Assembly: GCA_043750125.1 (NCBI GenBank)
Contig: JAYVCD010000270.1
Coordinates: 1 to 18,701, forward strand
From: Archangiaceae bacterium
Lineage (GTDB): Bacteria > Myxococcota > Myxococcia > Myxococcales > Myxococcaceae
Direction: 5' to 3'
Length of the DNA: 18,701 nucleotides
The translations under genes and the position numbers were made by a program. The notes under the pieces are model-generated. The model saw nothing but the letters and a program-made list of their open reading frames with translations, was not told the DNA's origin and did not search any database. Shown one piece after another: positions 16,543 to 18,701 of this stretch. Positions within the stretch are counted from its first letter, which is position 1; the number at the start of each line of letters is the position of its first letter.

Positions 16543-16886
16543 TTCCGCGCGGCGTGGAAGTCTTCGTTGGTCTCGAGCCGATCGATCTTCGGTGGAGCTT
16601 TGACCGGCTGAGCGGCGTCGTGATGGAGAAGCTGGGCCGCGACGTTCGAGGCGGCGCGCTCTTCGTCTTCTTTGGGAAGCGTCACGCGGCGCTGAAAGCC
16701 ATTTTCTTCGACGGGAACGGGCTGTGCCTTTTCTACAAGCGGCTCGACAAGGGGACGTTCCGGCTGCCTGAGCCGCGGCAGGAAGACGAGCTGACGGTGG
16801 TGCTCGAAGAGCGCGAGCTCGATGACCTGCTCGAGGGACTGACGCTCGAGCAGCCGAAGCGGAAGACGCGCGGCAAAGTGCACTGA
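16539..16886 (+). CDS. tnpB: IS66 accessory protein TnpB
   Basis: PIDLRWSFDRL, LFVFFGKR, DGNGLCLFYKRLDKGTF; ATGA overlap with tnpA. Confidence 0.95.
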   Translation: MIPRGVEVFVGLEPIDLRWSFDRLSGVVMEKLGRDVRGGALFVFFGKRHAALKAIFFDGNGLCLFYKRLDKGTFRLPEPRQEDELTVVLEERELDDLLEGLTLEQPKRKTRGKVH

Positions 16887-16929
16887 GCCGCTCGCTGCGT
16901 GGCACGAAACTTTCGCTTCTATATAGAGA

Positions 16930-18648
16930 GTGGGTGACGACACCGCGACGAGTGAGAGCACCGACGCGCTGAAGGCGCGCGTCGTCGAGCTTGAGTCGGC
17001 GCTGGCCGCCAGCAACAACGACCTGGCCACCGCGCGCGGCGAGCGGGACAAACTGCGCGAGGCGTGGCAAGCGGTGAAGTTCGAGCTGGAGCTGCTGAAG
17101 AAGCGGCTCTTCATCGCGAAGGCCGAGCGGGTTGACGTCGAGCAGCTCGAGCTGGAGTTCGCGCAGAAGCTGGCCGAGCTGGATGCGCTGTCAAAGCGGC
17201 TCGAGCCGGTGCCTGCGTGGATGATGGCGACAGTTCCGGGCGAGTCGGACCCGGGCGCGGGCCAGCCGGACAAGAAGAAGACCGGCGGTCGTCGCGACGT
17301 CCGCGAACTGGAACTCGACGAAGTGCGCATCGAGCTGGTGGACCCGGTGTCGGGAGCAGTGACGAAGCATCTCGGCTACGAGGAGAGTTACCAGCTGGCG
17401 TGGCGCAAGGGAGGCTTCGTCCGGGTGGTAGTTGCGCGGCGGAAACACGAGCAGGAGACGTCTGCGGCCGAGCAGCTCGAGGGCGCGGGGCCGACAAAGG
17501 TGGTGACGGCGTCGAAGCCGGTAGAGACGTTTCCGGGGCTGCTCGCGGCGCCGTCGCTGCTCGCCCACATCGCGGTGGACAAGTACGGCGACGGGCTGCC
17601 GCTGCACCGCCAGCAGGAGCGCTTCACCCGCTATGGCGTCAAGCTGGACCGCGGAACGATGTCCCGGTGGATGGAGAATCTCGGCAACACCCTCGGCCCG
17701 ACATTGGTGGAGGCCGCCCGCCAGCACTTCCTGGCCACCGCGTTCAGCTTTCTGACGGACGCCACCGGGGTGCTGGTGCAACCGCTGAAGTCCGACGCGA
17801 AGAAGAAACACCAGCCCTGCCGCCGCGGTCACTTCTTCGTCCAGCTCGCCGACAAGGACTTCGCCTTCTTCGAGTACGTCCCCAAGGAGACTTCCGTCGC
17901 GGTGGCCGAGCTCTTCAAGGGCTTCTCCGGCTACGTCCAGGCCGACGCCAAAAGCGTCTACGACGTGCTGTACCCAGCGCCGAACGCCGAGGCCGACGAG
18001 GACGACTGTCTCGAAGTTGGATGTTGGAGCCACGCGCGCCGCAAGTACTGGGAGGCGGCGATCGCCCATTGCGCCATCTCGCGCGAGGCCCTCGTGCGCA
18101 TCCAGCGCATCTTCGAGAACGAAGAAAAGTGGAAGGGCCTTCCGCCCGAGCACCTCAAGGCCTTGCGCGACCAGCGCACTCGCCCGCTGCTCGATGCCTT
18201 CTTCGTCTGGGCGACCGCCGAGTACGCGAAGGTGAAGGACACCCGAGGTCTGCTGCGCAGCGCGCTCGGCTACACCATCCGTCAGCGAGAAGCGCTGTGC
18301 CGCTTCCTCGAAGACGGCCGTCTGGGTCTGTCGAACAACGCAAGCGAGCGCGAGCTGCGCAGAATCGCAGTCGGCAGAAAGGCGTGGCTCTTCGTCGGAA
18401 GCGACGACCACGCCCAGGCGGCAGCAGCCATCTTCACGCTCATCGCCACCTGCAAGCTCCACGGCCTCGAGCCTGAGGGGTACCTACGCGACGTCATCCG
18501 GGTCCTGGGTGCCTGGCCGGCTGACAGGTACCTCGAGCTTTGCCCTCACGCCTTCGCTGCGACTCGCGCTCGCCTGAATCCTGCCGAGCTCGTCCTCGAA
18601 GTCGGACCCCTGACCATCCCGGCCGCGATCACGCCGTCGGCGAGCTGA
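16930..18648 (+). CDS. tnpC: IS66 DDE transposase TnpC
   Basis: Leucine-zipper N-terminus, KYGDGLPLHRQ, LTDATG, QADAKSVY, GCWSHARRK, SNNASERELR..AVGRKAWLF, TCKLHGLEPEGYL. Confidence 0.96.
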   Translation: MGDDTATSESTDALKARVVELESALAASNNDLATARGERDKLREAWQAVKFELELLKKRLFIAKAERVDVEQLELEFAQKLAELDALSKRLEPVPAWMMATVPGESDPGAGQPDKKKTGGRRDVRELELDEVRIELVDPVSGAVTKHLGYEESYQLAWRKGGFVRVVVARRKHEQETSAAEQLEGAGPTKVVTASKPVETFPGLLAAPSLLAHIAVDKYGDGLPLHRQQERFTRYGVKLDRGTMSRWMENLGNTLGPTLVEAARQHFLATAFSFLTDATGVLVQPLKSDAKKKHQPCRRGHFFVQLADKDFAFFEYVPKETSVAVAELFKGFSGYVQADAKSVYDVLYPAPNAEADEDDCLEVGCWSHARRKYWEAAIAHCAISREALVRIQRIFENEEKWKGLPPEHLKALRDQRTRPLLDAFFVWATAEYAKVKDTRGLLRSALGYTIRQREALCRFLEDGRLGLSNNASERELRRIAVGRKAWLFVGSDDHAQAAAAIFTLIATCKLHGLEPEGYLRDVIRVLGAWPADRYLELCPHAFAATRARLNPAELVLEVGPLTIPAAITPSAS

Positions 18649-18671
18649 CAACACCCTTCAGTCCGTCGCTG

Positions 18672-18701
18672 CCCGCAACCACCACTCCGTGCAGCGGATA
18701 C
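18672..18701 (-). repeat. IS66 right inverted repeat
   Basis: Reverse complement GTATCCGCTGCACGGAGTGGTGGTTGCGGG; 29/30 identical to the left repeat. Confidence 0.95.

Larger units (their letters stand above)
16146..18701 (+). mobile_element. IS66-family insertion sequence, complete, 2556 bp
   Basis: 30-bp terminal inverted repeats with one mismatch enclosing tnpA-tnpB-tnpC. Confidence 0.96.

Noticed and set aside
16539..16886. TnpB as an RNA-guided nuclease
   Set aside because: IS66 TnpB is a 115-aa accessory protein unrelated to IS200/605 TnpB; no RuvC motifs.

Overview
This GC-rich window is most likely from a myxobacterium (Myxococcota). The core part (1-14517) begins with the 3' end of a receiver-domain gene, then a stand-alone groEL of the Myxococcus GroEL2 type with a CIRCE operator, a headless PilA-like pilin domain lying in frame behind an orphan DpnA-like beta-class DNA methyltransferase, and rpmE. 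It continues with a complete Frz chemosensory locus (frzA-B-CD-E-G-F on the minus strand, divergent frzZ), a LysM/PG-binding/Cys-His cell-wall hydrolase behind a sigma-54-type promoter, an uncharacterised radical SAM gene and tRNA-Leu(UAA). After the tRNA lies a decaying accessory tract: a LysE exporter, a di-haem oxidoreductase fragment frameshifted by a 19-bp tandem duplication, and a fragment of a gene with a Zn-phospholipase C-like motif cut by a complete 2556-bp IS66 whose right inverted repeat ends exactly at the window edge. I see no clearly new multi-gene system. The most unusual items are the methyltransferase-TAG-pilin in-frame arrangement, the apparent CTG start of frzE, and the near-leaderless sigma-54-type hydrolase gene. 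Family assignments come from recalled motifs, not database searches.
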